A stretch of DNA of 64,000 nt from Promethearchaeota archaeon (GTDB lineage Archaea > Asgardarchaeota > Lokiarchaeia > Sigyniarchaeales > SOKP01). The position numbers and the translations under genes were made by a program. This document shows, in pieces, positions 9,396 through 19,995 of the stretch. Location of the stretch: contig JAHPZJ010000013.1 of the NCBI GenBank assembly GCA_019058245.1, positions 393,166-457,165 on the forward strand, in the 5' to 3' direction. A model generated the notes under the pieces. It saw nothing but the letters and a program-made list of their open reading frames with translations, ran no database searches and was not told where the DNA came from. Within the stretch, counting starts at the first letter, position 1. Each line of letters opens with the position of its first letter.

Positions 9396-11846
9396 ATGGT
9401 AGTTCGAAGTTTTAAGTTGAGCCCTATCCCAGGGACACCCTCGGAAAGGGTTCTTAAGATTAGAGATAGAATGCTATCTATGCCTAGAGAACTTGACATT
9501 GAGAGAGCTCGGTGTTATACAAGAATTTACAAACAAATGGAGGATGCTCCTCCATGTATAAAAAATACTAAAGCATTAGAGGAATTTTTGCGATGCATTC
9601 CAATAAGAATTGAAGACGATGAGCTACTTGTCGGTGTAAAATCTAGTAAAGTAAGAGCAGATCCAATGGAAATAGAACGTGGAATGCGTGCTGCAATTTT
9701 TGGGTTTCTTTATAATGATTCAATAGATCAAAAAATAAGAGATGCATTTGCTCAAAATTTTTCATGGGTTAATCGGTATGTTCCCTTAACAGAACAAGAA
9801 ATTGATGAAATGAAAAATGAAATTCTTCCCTACTGGAAAGATAGGACCGTAGAGGCTCGACAGAGAGAATATTATAAAAATGCAGGTTTGATTGAAGAAC
9901 CGAAGGAATCTAAGAGTCCAGCAATTCCCTTTATGAGTTATATAGGTGGTACTGATATGTTTGCAGTTGCTCATGGTCAGGGTCATGTCATTCCAGGATA
10001 TCGGCGAGTACTTAAGATGGGATTCGAAGGAATCGAAAAGATGGCACAAGAAGGACTTGTGAAACTCAAGGAAACTGACGAAAATTATGACCAACGCAAG
10101 GATTTTTATGAATCAGTTGTGGTGGCAGCACAAGCAGTCATCGAATATTCCAATCGCTATGCAGATCTCGCAATGGAAATGGGTCAAAATGCTCCAGAAG
10201 CAAGAAAGGTTGAACTTCTGGAAATCGCTGAACGTGTAAGAAGAGTGCCCGCTCAGCCCCCTAGAACATTTATAGAAGCACTCCAATCAATTTGGATGAC
10301 GAATGTTGTTATGGAAATGAGTTATGGCGATGGAAATATATTTTCTCAAGGACGAGTTGACCAATATCTTTATCCATATTACGCAGTAGATTTAGCTGAA
10401 GGACGTATTACATATGAAGAGGCTCTAGAAGCAATTGAGGAATATTTAGTGAAACTTGCTTCAGTCGTTATAGCAGGACAGAATAATATTACTATTGGAG
10501 GATTAGATTATGATGGAAATGATGCGACTAATGATGTGTCTTACATGTTTCTCGAAGCAATTGCAAATGTAAAAAGTCTATTAAACACCTTATCAATTAG
10601 GATATCTTCCAAGACACCCCATGAATTTGTTAAAAGATCGATTGAAGCTTTTAAATTTACCGGTGGAATGGCTATTCATAATGATGACATTTTGGTACCT
10701 CAACTTAATAATACAGGGTATTCCTTAGAAGATGCCCGTGATTATTCACTTGTAGGATGTGTAGAACCTGCTGGTACTGGAAATGATTTTTCATATACGG
10801 CTGGTAATATCGTTCAGATTTCAATCCTTTTTAATATGGCATTAAATGAGGGACGTACTATTTTTTCAGGAAATAAAACTGTCGGCGCGAAAACACCCCC
10901 AGCCAGTACTTTTAAATCTTTTGAAGATATGAAAAAAGCATTCGTCGACCAACTAAAGTTTGCTATAGATCTTACTGTGAGAAAAGCGGAATTAAAGGAT
11001 AAAGCCTTTGCTGATTATTTACCTTCCCCATTGCTTTCATCTTCAATAGAGGGATGTCTCGAGAGCGGAATGGATGGAACCCGAAATGGAGCAAAATACA
11101 ATAATAATCCTATGGGTTCACAAGGATTAGCAACGGTCACTAATTCCTTAGCTGCAATTCGTTGGGCTGTATTTGAAGAGAAATTAGTAACAATGGAAGA
11201 ATTGGTTAAGTATATGAATAGTAACTTCAGAGGCACCGAAGATCTTCGAGAAAAATTACGAAATAAGGCTCCTAAATATGGAAATGGTGATGAAAGAACA
11301 GACGAACTTGCTAAATGGGTAGCAACTACCCTTTGTGAACTTACAAGGACATATAAAGCAAGGGGTGGTGATGGTATTTATCATAATTGCCTCGTATCTT
11401 CAGGAACTCAGATTATGGAGGGGCAAATGTTAGGGGCAACTGCTGATGGAAGATTAATGGGTCAACCCGTAGCGAATGGTATTTCTCCTGCAAATGGTAC
11501 AGAAAAGAATGGTCTTACTATGGCTCTTAGATCCGTAGCTTATGCTACAACTGAACCTCATCTAACTAATGGAGCCGCCATGAATATCAGAATTAATCCC
11601 ACCTTATTAGAAACAGACGAGGGAATCGAATATATGACTTCCATAGTAGAAGCTTATCTTGAATTAGGAGGAAGGGAGCTTCAGATAAATCCTATAAGTT
11701 CAGAAACACTTAGAGACGCACAAGCCCATCCAGAAAAATATCCTGACCTTTCAGTTAAAGTTTCAGGCTACTCTGCTCGATTTATAGATATAACAAAAGA
11801 GCTTCAGGACGATATTATCGACAGAACTGTTTTCAATGAATTATAA
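9396..11846 (+). CDS. Glycyl radical enzyme (PFL2/eliminase-like), copy 1
   Basis: GRVDQYLYPYY, Cys loop VGCVEP, Gly loop VKVSGYS, 816 aa. Confidence 0.93.
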   Translation: MVVRSFKLSPIPGTPSERVLKIRDRMLSMPRELDIERARCYTRIYKQMEDAPPCIKNTKALEEFLRCIPIRIEDDELLVGVKSSKVRADPMEIERGMRAAIFGFLYNDSIDQKIRDAFAQNFSWVNRYVPLTEQEIDEMKNEILPYWKDRTVEARQREYYKNAGLIEEPKESKSPAIPFMSYIGGTDMFAVAHGQGHVIPGYRRVLKMGFEGIEKMAQEGLVKLKETDENYDQRKDFYESVVVAAQAVIEYSNRYADLAMEMGQNAPEARKVELLEIAERVRRVPAQPPRTFIEALQSIWMTNVVMEMSYGDGNIFSQGRVDQYLYPYYAVDLAEGRITYEEALEAIEEYLVKLASVVIAGQNNITIGGLDYDGNDATNDVSYMFLEAIANVKSLLNTLSIRISSKTPHEFVKRSIEAFKFTGGMAIHNDDILVPQLNNTGYSLEDARDYSLVGCVEPAGTGNDFSYTAGNIVQISILFNMALNEGRTIFSGNKTVGAKTPPASTFKSFEDMKKAFVDQLKFAIDLTVRKAELKDKAFADYLPSPLLSSSIEGCLESGMDGTRNGAKYNNNPMGSQGLATVTNSLAAIRWAVFEEKLVTMEELVKYMNSNFRGTEDLREKLRNKAPKYGNGDERTDELAKWVATTLCELTRTYKARGGDGIYHNCLVSSGTQIMEGQMLGATADGRLMGQPVANGISPANGTEKNGLTMALRSVAYATTEPHLTNGAAMNIRINPTLLETDEGIEYMTSIVEAYLELGGRELQINPISSETLRDAQAHPEKYPDLSVKVSGYSARFIDITKELQDDIIDRTVFNEL

Positions 11847-11900
11847 TAATTTTTTTTTTTATTCTATTTTTTCATTCGTGATACTCCGTGGAAATAAAAT

Positions 11901-11942
11901 ATTATAAAAACATTTATTAATATATAATGTCTATTAAAATTC
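11901..11942 (+). promoter_or_regulatory. TATA-containing promoter of GRE copy 2 (probably leaderless mRNA); duplicated upstream of copy 3
   Basis: 39/42 nt identical to 14589-14630; TTTATTAA box ~25 nt before ATG; no SD. Confidence 0.65.
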
Positions 11943-14393
11943 ATGGTAGTTCAAAGTTTTAAGTTGAGTCCTATCCATGGAACACCATCGGAAAGGGTTC
12001 GCAAGATTAGAGATAGAATGCTATCTATGCCTAGAGAACTTGACATTGAACGAGCTCGCTGTTATACAAGAATCTATAAACAAATGGAAGATGCATCTAT
12101 ATGTATGAAAAATGTTAAAGCATTAGAGGAATTTTTACGATGCCTTCCAATAAGAATTGAAGAGGATGAGCTTCTTGTAGGCGTAAAATCTAGTAAAGTA
12201 AGAGCAGATCCACTTGAAATTGAACGTGGAATGCGTGCTAAAATTTTTGGGTTTGTCTATAATGATGCAATAGATCAAAAAATAAGAGATGCATTTGCCC
12301 AAAATTTTACTTTTATTAACCGATATGTTCCCTTGAAAGAAGAAGAAGTTAATGAATTAAAAAATGAAATAATTCCTTACTGGAAAAATAGAACAGTAGC
12401 AGCCCGAAAGGAGCAATATTTTAAAGAGGCAGGTCTGGTTGATGAATCGAAGAAAAAAATGGATGGAACAATTCCCATGAGGGGTTCAGTGGGTGGTACT
12501 GATATGTTTGCAGGTGCCAGTGGTCAAGGTCATACCATTCCTGGTTATAGACGAGTTCTTAAAATGGGATTTAATGGAATCAAAAAGATGGCACAAGAAG
12601 GGCTTGAAATACTCAAGGAAACAGATGAAAATTATAACTATCGAAAGGATTTTTATGAATCAGTTGTGGTAGCTGCACAAGCGGTTATCGAGTATTCCAA
12701 TCGCTATGCTGATCTTGCAATGGAAATGGCACAAAATGCATCAGAAACAAGAAGGGCTGATCTTCTGGAAATTGCTGAACGTGTAAGGCGAGTTCCAGCC
12801 AACCCCCCAAGAACATTCATGGAAGCACTTCAATCAATATGGATGACGAATATTGTTATGGAAATGAGTTATGGTGAAGGAAATATCTTTTCTCAAGGAA
12901 GAGTAGACCAATACCTTTATCCATATTACGCAGCAGACTTAGCAGAAGGGCGTATTACATATGAAGAAGCTGTAGAGGTAATCGAAGAATATTTGGTGAA
13001 GCTTTCTTCAGTCGTTATAGCAGGACAGAACAATGTTACTATAGGAGGATTAGACCATGATGGAAATGATGCAACTAATGACGTGTCTTATATGTTTCTT
13101 GAGGCTATCGCAAATGTAAAAAGTTTATTAAACACTTTATCAATTAGGATTTCTTCCAAAACACCCCATGAGTTTGTAAAAAGATCGATTGAAGCTATTA
13201 AATTTACTGGTGGTATGGGTATTCATAATGATGATGTTTTAGTACCACAGCTCAATAATACAGGATATTCATTAGAAGATGCCCGAGATTATTCACTTGT
13301 AGGGTGTGTAGAACCACATGGTACTGGAAATGATTTTTCATATACGGCAGGTAATGTCGTTCAGATTTCAATCCTTTTAAACATGGCATTAAATGAGGGA
13401 CGTACTCTATTTTCAGGAAATAAAACTGTCGGCGCGAAAACACCCCCAGCCAGTGATTTTGAATCTTTTGAAGATGTGAAAAAATCCTTCGTCGACCAAC
13501 TAAAGTTTGCCATAGATCTTACTGTAAAAAAAGCGGAATTAAAGGATAAAGCGTTTGCTGATTATTTACCTTCCCCATTGCTCTCATCTTCAATAGAAGG
13601 ATGTTTAGAGAGCGGAATGGATGTTACTCGAAATGGGGCTCGCTATAATAACAATCCTATGGGTTCACAAGGATTAGCAACAGTGACTGATTCCTTAGCT
13701 GCAATACGCTGGGCTGTATTTGAAGAAAAAATAGTAACAATGGAAGAATTGGTTAATCACATGAATAATAATTTTAAAGGAGCAGAAACCCTACGAGAAA
13801 AACTACGAAATAAGGCACCTAAATATGGTAATGGTGATGAAAGAACAGATGAACTTGCCAAATGGGTAGCAACTACCCTCTGTGAACTTACAAGGACTTA
13901 TAAAGCAAGGGGTGGTGATGGTATATATCATAATTGCCTCGTATCTTCTGGAACTCAGATTATGGAGGGTAAAGTACTAGGAGCAACTGCAGATGGAAGA
14001 TTAATGGGTCAACCCGTAGCAAACGGTATTTCTCCTGCAAATGGTACAGAAAAAAATGGCCTTACTATGGCCCTCCGATCAATAGCTTATGCAACAGCTG
14101 AACCTCATCTCACTAATGGAGCCTCAATGAATGTTAGAATCAATCCCACCTTATTAGAAACAGATGAAGGAATTGAAAAATTTACTTCTATTGTAGAGGC
14201 TTATTTAGAGTTGGGAGGACGAGAACTTCAAGTAAATCCGATAAGTTCAGAAACACTTAGAGATGCACAAGCTCATCCAGAAAAATATCCTGATCTTTCA
14301 GTTAAAGTTTCAGGCTACTCTGCTCGATTCATAGATTTAGCAAAGGATCTTCAGAACGATATTATCGACAGAACTGTTTTCAATGAAATATAA
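11943..14393 (+). CDS. Glycyl radical enzyme (PFL2/eliminase-like), copy 2
   Basis: VGCVEPHG, VKVSGYS; close paralogue of copy 1. Confidence 0.93.
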   Translation: MVVQSFKLSPIHGTPSERVRKIRDRMLSMPRELDIERARCYTRIYKQMEDASICMKNVKALEEFLRCLPIRIEEDELLVGVKSSKVRADPLEIERGMRAKIFGFVYNDAIDQKIRDAFAQNFTFINRYVPLKEEEVNELKNEIIPYWKNRTVAARKEQYFKEAGLVDESKKKMDGTIPMRGSVGGTDMFAGASGQGHTIPGYRRVLKMGFNGIKKMAQEGLEILKETDENYNYRKDFYESVVVAAQAVIEYSNRYADLAMEMAQNASETRRADLLEIAERVRRVPANPPRTFMEALQSIWMTNIVMEMSYGEGNIFSQGRVDQYLYPYYAADLAEGRITYEEAVEVIEEYLVKLSSVVIAGQNNVTIGGLDHDGNDATNDVSYMFLEAIANVKSLLNTLSIRISSKTPHEFVKRSIEAIKFTGGMGIHNDDVLVPQLNNTGYSLEDARDYSLVGCVEPHGTGNDFSYTAGNVVQISILLNMALNEGRTLFSGNKTVGAKTPPASDFESFEDVKKSFVDQLKFAIDLTVKKAELKDKAFADYLPSPLLSSSIEGCLESGMDVTRNGARYNNNPMGSQGLATVTDSLAAIRWAVFEEKIVTMEELVNHMNNNFKGAETLREKLRNKAPKYGNGDERTDELAKWVATTLCELTRTYKARGGDGIYHNCLVSSGTQIMEGKVLGATADGRLMGQPVANGISPANGTEKNGLTMALRSIAYATAEPHLTNGASMNVRINPTLLETDEGIEKFTSIVEAYLELGGRELQVNPISSETLRDAQAHPEKYPDLSVKVSGYSARFIDLAKDLQNDIIDRTVFNEI

Positions 14394-14588
14394 ACAGTAC
14401 TATCGAATTAATATAATTAATATTAAAAATTTTTATTTTCTTTTACTATATTATCGTATTTATGATAAAACTTCGAAATTAATTATTAATTAAAAATCTT
14501 TTAGCTAGAGAAATAATAATTCAGATCTATTTTCAATTCAAAAGCTTTCGAAATCTAAAAGAAAAAAAAGTCAAATATTTATTATTCT

Positions 14589-14630
14589 ATTATAAAAACA
14601 TTTATAAATATATATTGTCTATTAAAAATC
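14589..14630 (+). promoter_or_regulatory. TATA-containing promoter of GRE copy 3
   Basis: Near-identical to 11901-11942; TTTATAAA box; no SD. Confidence 0.65.
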
Positions 14631-17072
14631 ATGGTAGTTCAAGATTTTAAGTTGAGTCCTCTCCAAGGAATACCTTCTGAGAGGGTTCGTAAAATAAGAG
14701 ATAAGATGTTATCAAATCCTTTTGAATATGATCTTGAGCGAGCACGATGCTATACAAGAATTTACAAACAATTTGAGAATTCTCCTCCTTGTATGAAAAA
14801 AGCTAAAGCACTAGAGGAATTCTTACATTGTCTTCCTATAAGAATTGATGAAGATGAGCTTCTTATAGGCGTAAAATCAAGTAAACCAAGAGCAGATCCT
14901 ATTGAAATAGAACAAGGGCGACAGGTTAAATTATATGATTTTCTCTTAGACGATACAATTGAAGAAAAAGCTAAAAATACTCTCCGTAGATATCACCCCA
15001 CTATTAGACGTTATGTTCCTTTTACAGAAGAAGAACTTAAGGAGTGGAAAAATGACATTATACCTGTCTGGAAGGGAAAAACAATGATGGATAGGAGGAA
15101 TGAACTTTTCAGGGAAGCAGGTTTGATTGAAGAGAACGTGGGACACGTCCCTCCATCAATGTCAATGTTACCAGGAAATTCATATGTATATTCTGTAATG
15201 CAGGGTCATACCATTCCGGGTTATCGACGAGTTCTTAAAATGGGATTTAGAGGAATTGAAAAAATGGCGACAGAAGGGCTTAAAAATCTTAAAGAGACCG
15301 ATGAGAATTATGATCAACGAAAAGATTTTTATGAATCGGTACAAGTAACTTCAAAAGCAGTTTGTAATTATTCCAAGCGCTATGCTGATCTAGCAATGGA
15401 AATGGCCCAAAATGCATCAGAAACAAGAAGGGCTGAACTTGCAGAAATTGCTGAGCGTGTAAGACAAGTACCAGCAAACCCTCCAAGATCATTCATGGAA
15501 GCACTTCAATCAATTTGGATGACGAACGTTGTTATGGAAATGAGTTATGGTGAAGGAAACATTTTTTCTCAAGGAAGAGTAGACCAGTATCTCTATCCTT
15601 ATTATGCAGCGGATTTAGCGGATGGTCGTATTACTTATGAAGAAGCTTTAGAAACAATTGAAGAATATTTAGTGAAACTTGCTTCTGTTGTTATAGCAGG
15701 ACAGAATAATGTTACTATTGGAGGATTAGATAAGGATGGAAATGATGCAACTAATGAGATATCATATATGTTTCTTGAAGCTATTGCAAATGTCAAAAGT
15801 TTATTAAACACCTTATCAATTAGGATCTCTTCTAAGAGCCCTCGAAATTTCGTAAAAAGAACTATTGAAACTTTTCGACATACGACAGGGATGGGTATTC
15901 ATAATGATGAAATCTTAGTACCACAACTTCAAGAAGATGGTTATTCACTTGAGGATGCCCGAGATTACTCACTCGTAGGTTGTGTTGAACCTCATGGTAC
16001 AGGTTTTGATTTTTCATACACTGCAGGTAATGGTGTTAGGTTTACACTAGTGCTTGGTATGGCATTAAATGGAGGACGAATGCTTTATTCAGAAGATCGA
16101 GTTGTTGGAACAAAAACACCTGAACCTAGTACTTTTAAAACTTTTGAAGACGTAAAGCAAGCTTTTGTTGATCAACTTGTTTTTGCTATAGATAAATGTG
16201 TACAAATGTCTGAATTAAAAGATAGAGCGTTTGCTGAATATTTTCCATCTCCATTACTTTCCTCTACAATAGAAGGATGTCTTGAGAGTGGAATGGATGC
16301 AACTCGAAATGGAGCTCGCTATAATAACAATCCTATTGGTTCACAAGGCTTAGCAACTGTTGTAAATTCATTAGCAGCTGTTCGTTGGGCTGTATTCGAG
16401 AAAAAACTAGTGACTATGGGAGAATTGGTTGAACATATGAACAATAATTTTAAAGGAGCAGAATTGCTTAGAGAAAAACTTAGAAATAAGGCTCCTAAAT
16501 ATGGTAATGGTGATGATAAAACAGATGAATTAGCACGTTGGGTTGCAAATACTTTTTGTGATATCGTGAGAAAACATTCTGCCAGAGGTGGTGTTGGTAT
16601 ATATCGTCCTTGCCTTGTCTCTGCGGGAGGCCAACTAGCAGAGGGAAGAATGTTAGGAGCAACTCCAGACGGAAGACTCTCTGGTGAACCTGTATCAAAT
16701 GGTATTTCTCCAGCAAATGGAACCGAGAAAAATGGTCTCACCATGGCACTCCGATCTGTTGCGGTATCAACCCGGGAAGCTCTCCTAACTGATGGTGTAA
16801 CAATGAATATCAGAATCACTCCTAGTATGATAGAAACAGATGAAGGCATAGAAGAAATGACTTCTATTTTAGAGGCTTATTTTGAATTGGGAGGAAAAGA
16901 ACTTCAGATTAATGCTATAGGATCAGAAACCCTTAAAGATGCGCAAGAGCATCCTGAAAAATATACTGACTTATCAGTCAAGGTTACTGGCTACTCTGCT
17001 CGCTTTATAGACATCAGTAGAGGTCTACAGAATGATATTATTAATCGTACAGAATTTAATGAATTTGATTAA
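14631..17072 (+). CDS. Glycyl radical enzyme (PFL2/eliminase-like), copy 3 (most divergent)
   Basis: VGCVEPHG, VKVTGYS. Confidence 0.93.
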   Translation: MVVQDFKLSPLQGIPSERVRKIRDKMLSNPFEYDLERARCYTRIYKQFENSPPCMKKAKALEEFLHCLPIRIDEDELLIGVKSSKPRADPIEIEQGRQVKLYDFLLDDTIEEKAKNTLRRYHPTIRRYVPFTEEELKEWKNDIIPVWKGKTMMDRRNELFREAGLIEENVGHVPPSMSMLPGNSYVYSVMQGHTIPGYRRVLKMGFRGIEKMATEGLKNLKETDENYDQRKDFYESVQVTSKAVCNYSKRYADLAMEMAQNASETRRAELAEIAERVRQVPANPPRSFMEALQSIWMTNVVMEMSYGEGNIFSQGRVDQYLYPYYAADLADGRITYEEALETIEEYLVKLASVVIAGQNNVTIGGLDKDGNDATNEISYMFLEAIANVKSLLNTLSIRISSKSPRNFVKRTIETFRHTTGMGIHNDEILVPQLQEDGYSLEDARDYSLVGCVEPHGTGFDFSYTAGNGVRFTLVLGMALNGGRMLYSEDRVVGTKTPEPSTFKTFEDVKQAFVDQLVFAIDKCVQMSELKDRAFAEYFPSPLLSSTIEGCLESGMDATRNGARYNNNPIGSQGLATVVNSLAAVRWAVFEKKLVTMGELVEHMNNNFKGAELLREKLRNKAPKYGNGDDKTDELARWVANTFCDIVRKHSARGGVGIYRPCLVSAGGQLAEGRMLGATPDGRLSGEPVSNGISPANGTEKNGLTMALRSVAVSTREALLTDGVTMNIRITPSMIETDEGIEEMTSILEAYFELGGKELQINAIGSETLKDAQEHPEKYTDLSVKVTGYSARFIDISRGLQNDIINRTEFNEFD

Positions 17073-17297
17073 ACCTTTTTGGTTAATCTTTTTTTTTTAA
17101 TTTGAAAATAAGATCAACTTTATTATTTTTAATATGCATATTATAAAGGACATTTATTTTAAGAATCTTTATTGATAAATATTGGATATATTTATCTCAT
17201 TATCGAGATATATATCTAAAGTTAATATTTATGTGCAAAAATTAAGAAAAATGGAGCTACGTTATTTATGTCTATATTGATAAACTATTTTTTCTAC

Positions 17298-18245
17298 TTA
17301 GCGAGTTAACCCAGACCACTTTACATTTTTAGCTCCAGTACTTTTAGCAATTTCAAGATAATTTTCCATTTCCTCTTTTGTCATTAATGGTTCATCTCTT
17401 AAAGACCATGGCTTGCCTAATCTTGTATATTTAATTTCACAGAGTTTGTTAAAGGCTAATATATCCCATTGTTCAGGAATATTATCTAATTCTTTTACAA
17501 TGAATTCTCCAATACCTCTAATATTCTCTTCCGTGGCAGTATAGTGTGGTATTATTGGTGTTCTTATCCACATCAATTTTCCATTATCTTTGGTATAAGT
17601 TGAAATCCATTTAGCATTTTCTAAAATTGTTTTATTTGAAACACCTGTATATTCTTCATGTTGTTTAGGATCAATAACCTTTATATCAAAAAGGACAATA
17701 TCAACGTAAGGTAATAAATCTTGATAAACTTTTTTACTTGAATATCCACATGTATCTAAAGCAGTAGAAATATCATTTTCCTTACATAATTTTAAAAATT
17801 TTAAGAGAAAATCTGATTGTAATGTGGGTTCACCACCAGAAACCGTTATTCCTCCTTTTGTTTTAGTAAAAAAGATTTTTTCTTTTTCAACATCATGAAT
17901 AAGATCTTCTAAATTCCACCACTGTCCCCACATGCTTAATGCAGTAGTAGGACAAGCTTCTACACAATCTCCACAACTGGTACATCGCTCTCTATTAATA
18001 TGTAAGCCATCTTCTTCAAAAAATAGAACACCTTCTTCTTGACAGGCCTCTATGCAACTATTACACCCGATACATTTACGATCCATCCAATAGAGCTGAG
18101 GTTGTCTTGGAATTGATTCTGGATTATGACACCATGCACAATTTAAGAGACATTTATTAAAAAAAATTGTTGTGCGAATACCAGGCCCATCATCAGTAGA
18201 CATTCTCTCAATTTTAAAAATTAATCCCTTAGATTTTGACTCCAT
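17298..18245 (-). CDS. Glycyl-radical enzyme activating enzyme (radical SAM with 2x[4Fe-4S] ferredoxin insert)
   Basis: DGPGIRTTIFF, CLLNCAWCHNPES, two CxxCxxCxxxC motifs, SGGEP; convergent with the GRE array. Confidence 0.95.
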   Translation of the reverse strand: MESKSKGLIFKIERMSTDDGPGIRTTIFFNKCLLNCAWCHNPESIPRQPQLYWMDRKCIGCNSCIEACQEEGVLFFEEDGLHINRERCTSCGDCVEACPTTALSMWGQWWNLEDLIHDVEKEKIFFTKTKGGITVSGGEPTLQSDFLLKFLKLCKENDISTALDTCGYSSKKVYQDLLPYVDIVLFDIKVIDPKQHEEYTGVSNKTILENAKWISTYTKDNGKLMWIRTPIIPHYTATEENIRGIGEFIVKELDNIPEQWDILAFNKLCEIKYTRLGKPWSLRDEPLMTKEEMENYLEIAKSTGAKNVKWSGLTR

Positions 18246-18540
18246 AACGCACCTGCATATTAATTTCTAATATATTTTTTGGAATAAAAAGAAATTTAAT
18301 TTATTCTTAAAATTATTTATTTCTTAAAATTTTTATGAATTATATACCTACTCGATGTAAAATAAATAATAGTCTTCGAAATGAAAGATTAAAATCTTAT
18401 AATAGAAATTTTTTACTAGACTTTTTTAAAAAATACAACTATGATTGATATCACGAGGTTTGACCTTATATCTAACGAAAACTTTATACCTAAATCGAAT
18501 ATTTCTCTTATTATCAAAAAAAATAAAGTTTTGAACAAAG

Positions 18541-19899
18541 ATGTATAAATATAAGGTCTCAATTTTAGGTACAGGATTTATAGGATTATGCTCTGCTGCC
18601 TGTTTTGCTCAAAAGGATATTAAAGTATTAGCTTCTACACATAATGAAAAAAAGGCAAAAATAATAAACGAGTATAAATCACCTTTTTTCGAGGAAGGAT
18701 TAGAGGAAATGCTTATTGACATTAAGCAGAAAAACCCAGAACTTCTCAAATGTTTAACTGATCCTGTTCAAGCAGTATTAAATACAGATATTATAATGAT
18801 TACTCAAGGAACTCCAATGCGAATAGATGATTCAATTGATTTAAGTTATATTGAAAGTACTGCTAAAGAAATTGGGGAAGCTTTAAAACAAGATGATAAA
18901 TATCGTTTGATTGTCGTTCGATCTACTGTTGTTCCGGGAACCTCAATGAATCTTGTAGGAAAGATAATTACAGAAATTTCTGGAAAAGTTCCAGGAAAAG
19001 ATTTTGGGTTATGTATGCAGCCAGAGTTTTTAGCTGAAGGGAGATCAATTGAAGATACGCTCAAACCAGATAGAATCATTATTGGATCAATAGATAATAA
19101 AAGCGGAGATATGCTTCAAGAGTTCTATGAGTATTTTTATGGTGATCACTTGAAAAATTGTCCGATAAAGAGAATGAATTTAGAAAGTGCAGAATTCGTT
19201 AAATATGGAAATAATTGCTTATTATCAACAAAAATATCTTATGCCAATGAATTCGCTAACTTAGCCGAATTAGTTCCAAATGTTGATATCGTCCAAGTAA
19301 TGGAAGGTGTAGGATTGGATTATAGGATTAATCATAGATTTCTTCGTGCAGGTGTAGGATTCGGGGGTGCTTGTTTTCATAAAGATGTTAACGCTATAAC
19401 GAAATGGGCAAGATCTAAAGGATATGTTTCAAAATTACTAGAGGCTGTTTTGGAACGTAATGATCTCAGAGCAATTCGAATTGTTGATATTGCGGAGGGT
19501 TTGGTTGGAAAATTAGAGGGTAAAAAGGTAACTTTACTGGGTTTATCTTTTAAACCAGGTACTGATGATATGAGAGAGGCTCCAAGTATTAGAGTTATTA
19601 ATGAATTGATCAAAAGAAAAGTAACTGATATTGTTGGATACGATCCTAAAGCTAAAGAATCTGCTGAAGAAGCAATCGGAGATAAGATAAAATATGCTAG
19701 TAGTATTGAGGAAGCACTGAAAGATTCTGAGTGTACTTTACTGATAACAGATTGGGATGAATTTAAAAAACTTAATCCTGATGATTTCAAAAAACATATG
19801 AAATCTCCAAATCTCGTTGATGGCAGAAGGATTTATAATTATGATGAATTTAACAATTCTTTAAATTTTCGAGCAATGGGTCGTATAAATTTAAAGTAA
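18541..19899 (+). CDS. ugd: UDP-glucose/GDP-mannose dehydrogenase family protein
   Basis: GTGFIG Rossmann, RSTVVPG, PEFLAEG, GFGGACFHKD catalytic Cys, FKPGTDDMREAPS, DGRR. Confidence 0.92.
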   Translation: MYKYKVSILGTGFIGLCSAACFAQKDIKVLASTHNEKKAKIINEYKSPFFEEGLEEMLIDIKQKNPELLKCLTDPVQAVLNTDIIMITQGTPMRIDDSIDLSYIESTAKEIGEALKQDDKYRLIVVRSTVVPGTSMNLVGKIITEISGKVPGKDFGLCMQPEFLAEGRSIEDTLKPDRIIIGSIDNKSGDMLQEFYEYFYGDHLKNCPIKRMNLESAEFVKYGNNCLLSTKISYANEFANLAELVPNVDIVQVMEGVGLDYRINHRFLRAGVGFGGACFHKDVNAITKWARSKGYVSKLLEAVLERNDLRAIRIVDIAEGLVGKLEGKKVTLLGLSFKPGTDDMREAPSIRVINELIKRKVTDIVGYDPKAKESAEEAIGDKIKYASSIEEALKDSECTLLITDWDEFKKLNPDDFKKHMKSPNLVDGRRIYNYDEFNNSLNFRAMGRINLK

Positions 19900-19995
19900 T
19901 AATTATTGCTTGAAATAAAATTATAATAAGTCTTTCAAGAATCTTTTTATATCTTATAAATTATTTGTAAAGCATTAAGTAAAAAATTATTTTAT

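Noticed and set aside
9396-17072. Annotation as pyruvate formate-lyase (pflB) or alkyl/benzylsuccinate synthase
   Set aside because: No adjacent Cys-Cys pair, no small Bss/Ass subunits nearby, and the GCVEP loop points to PFL2/eliminase-like enzymes.
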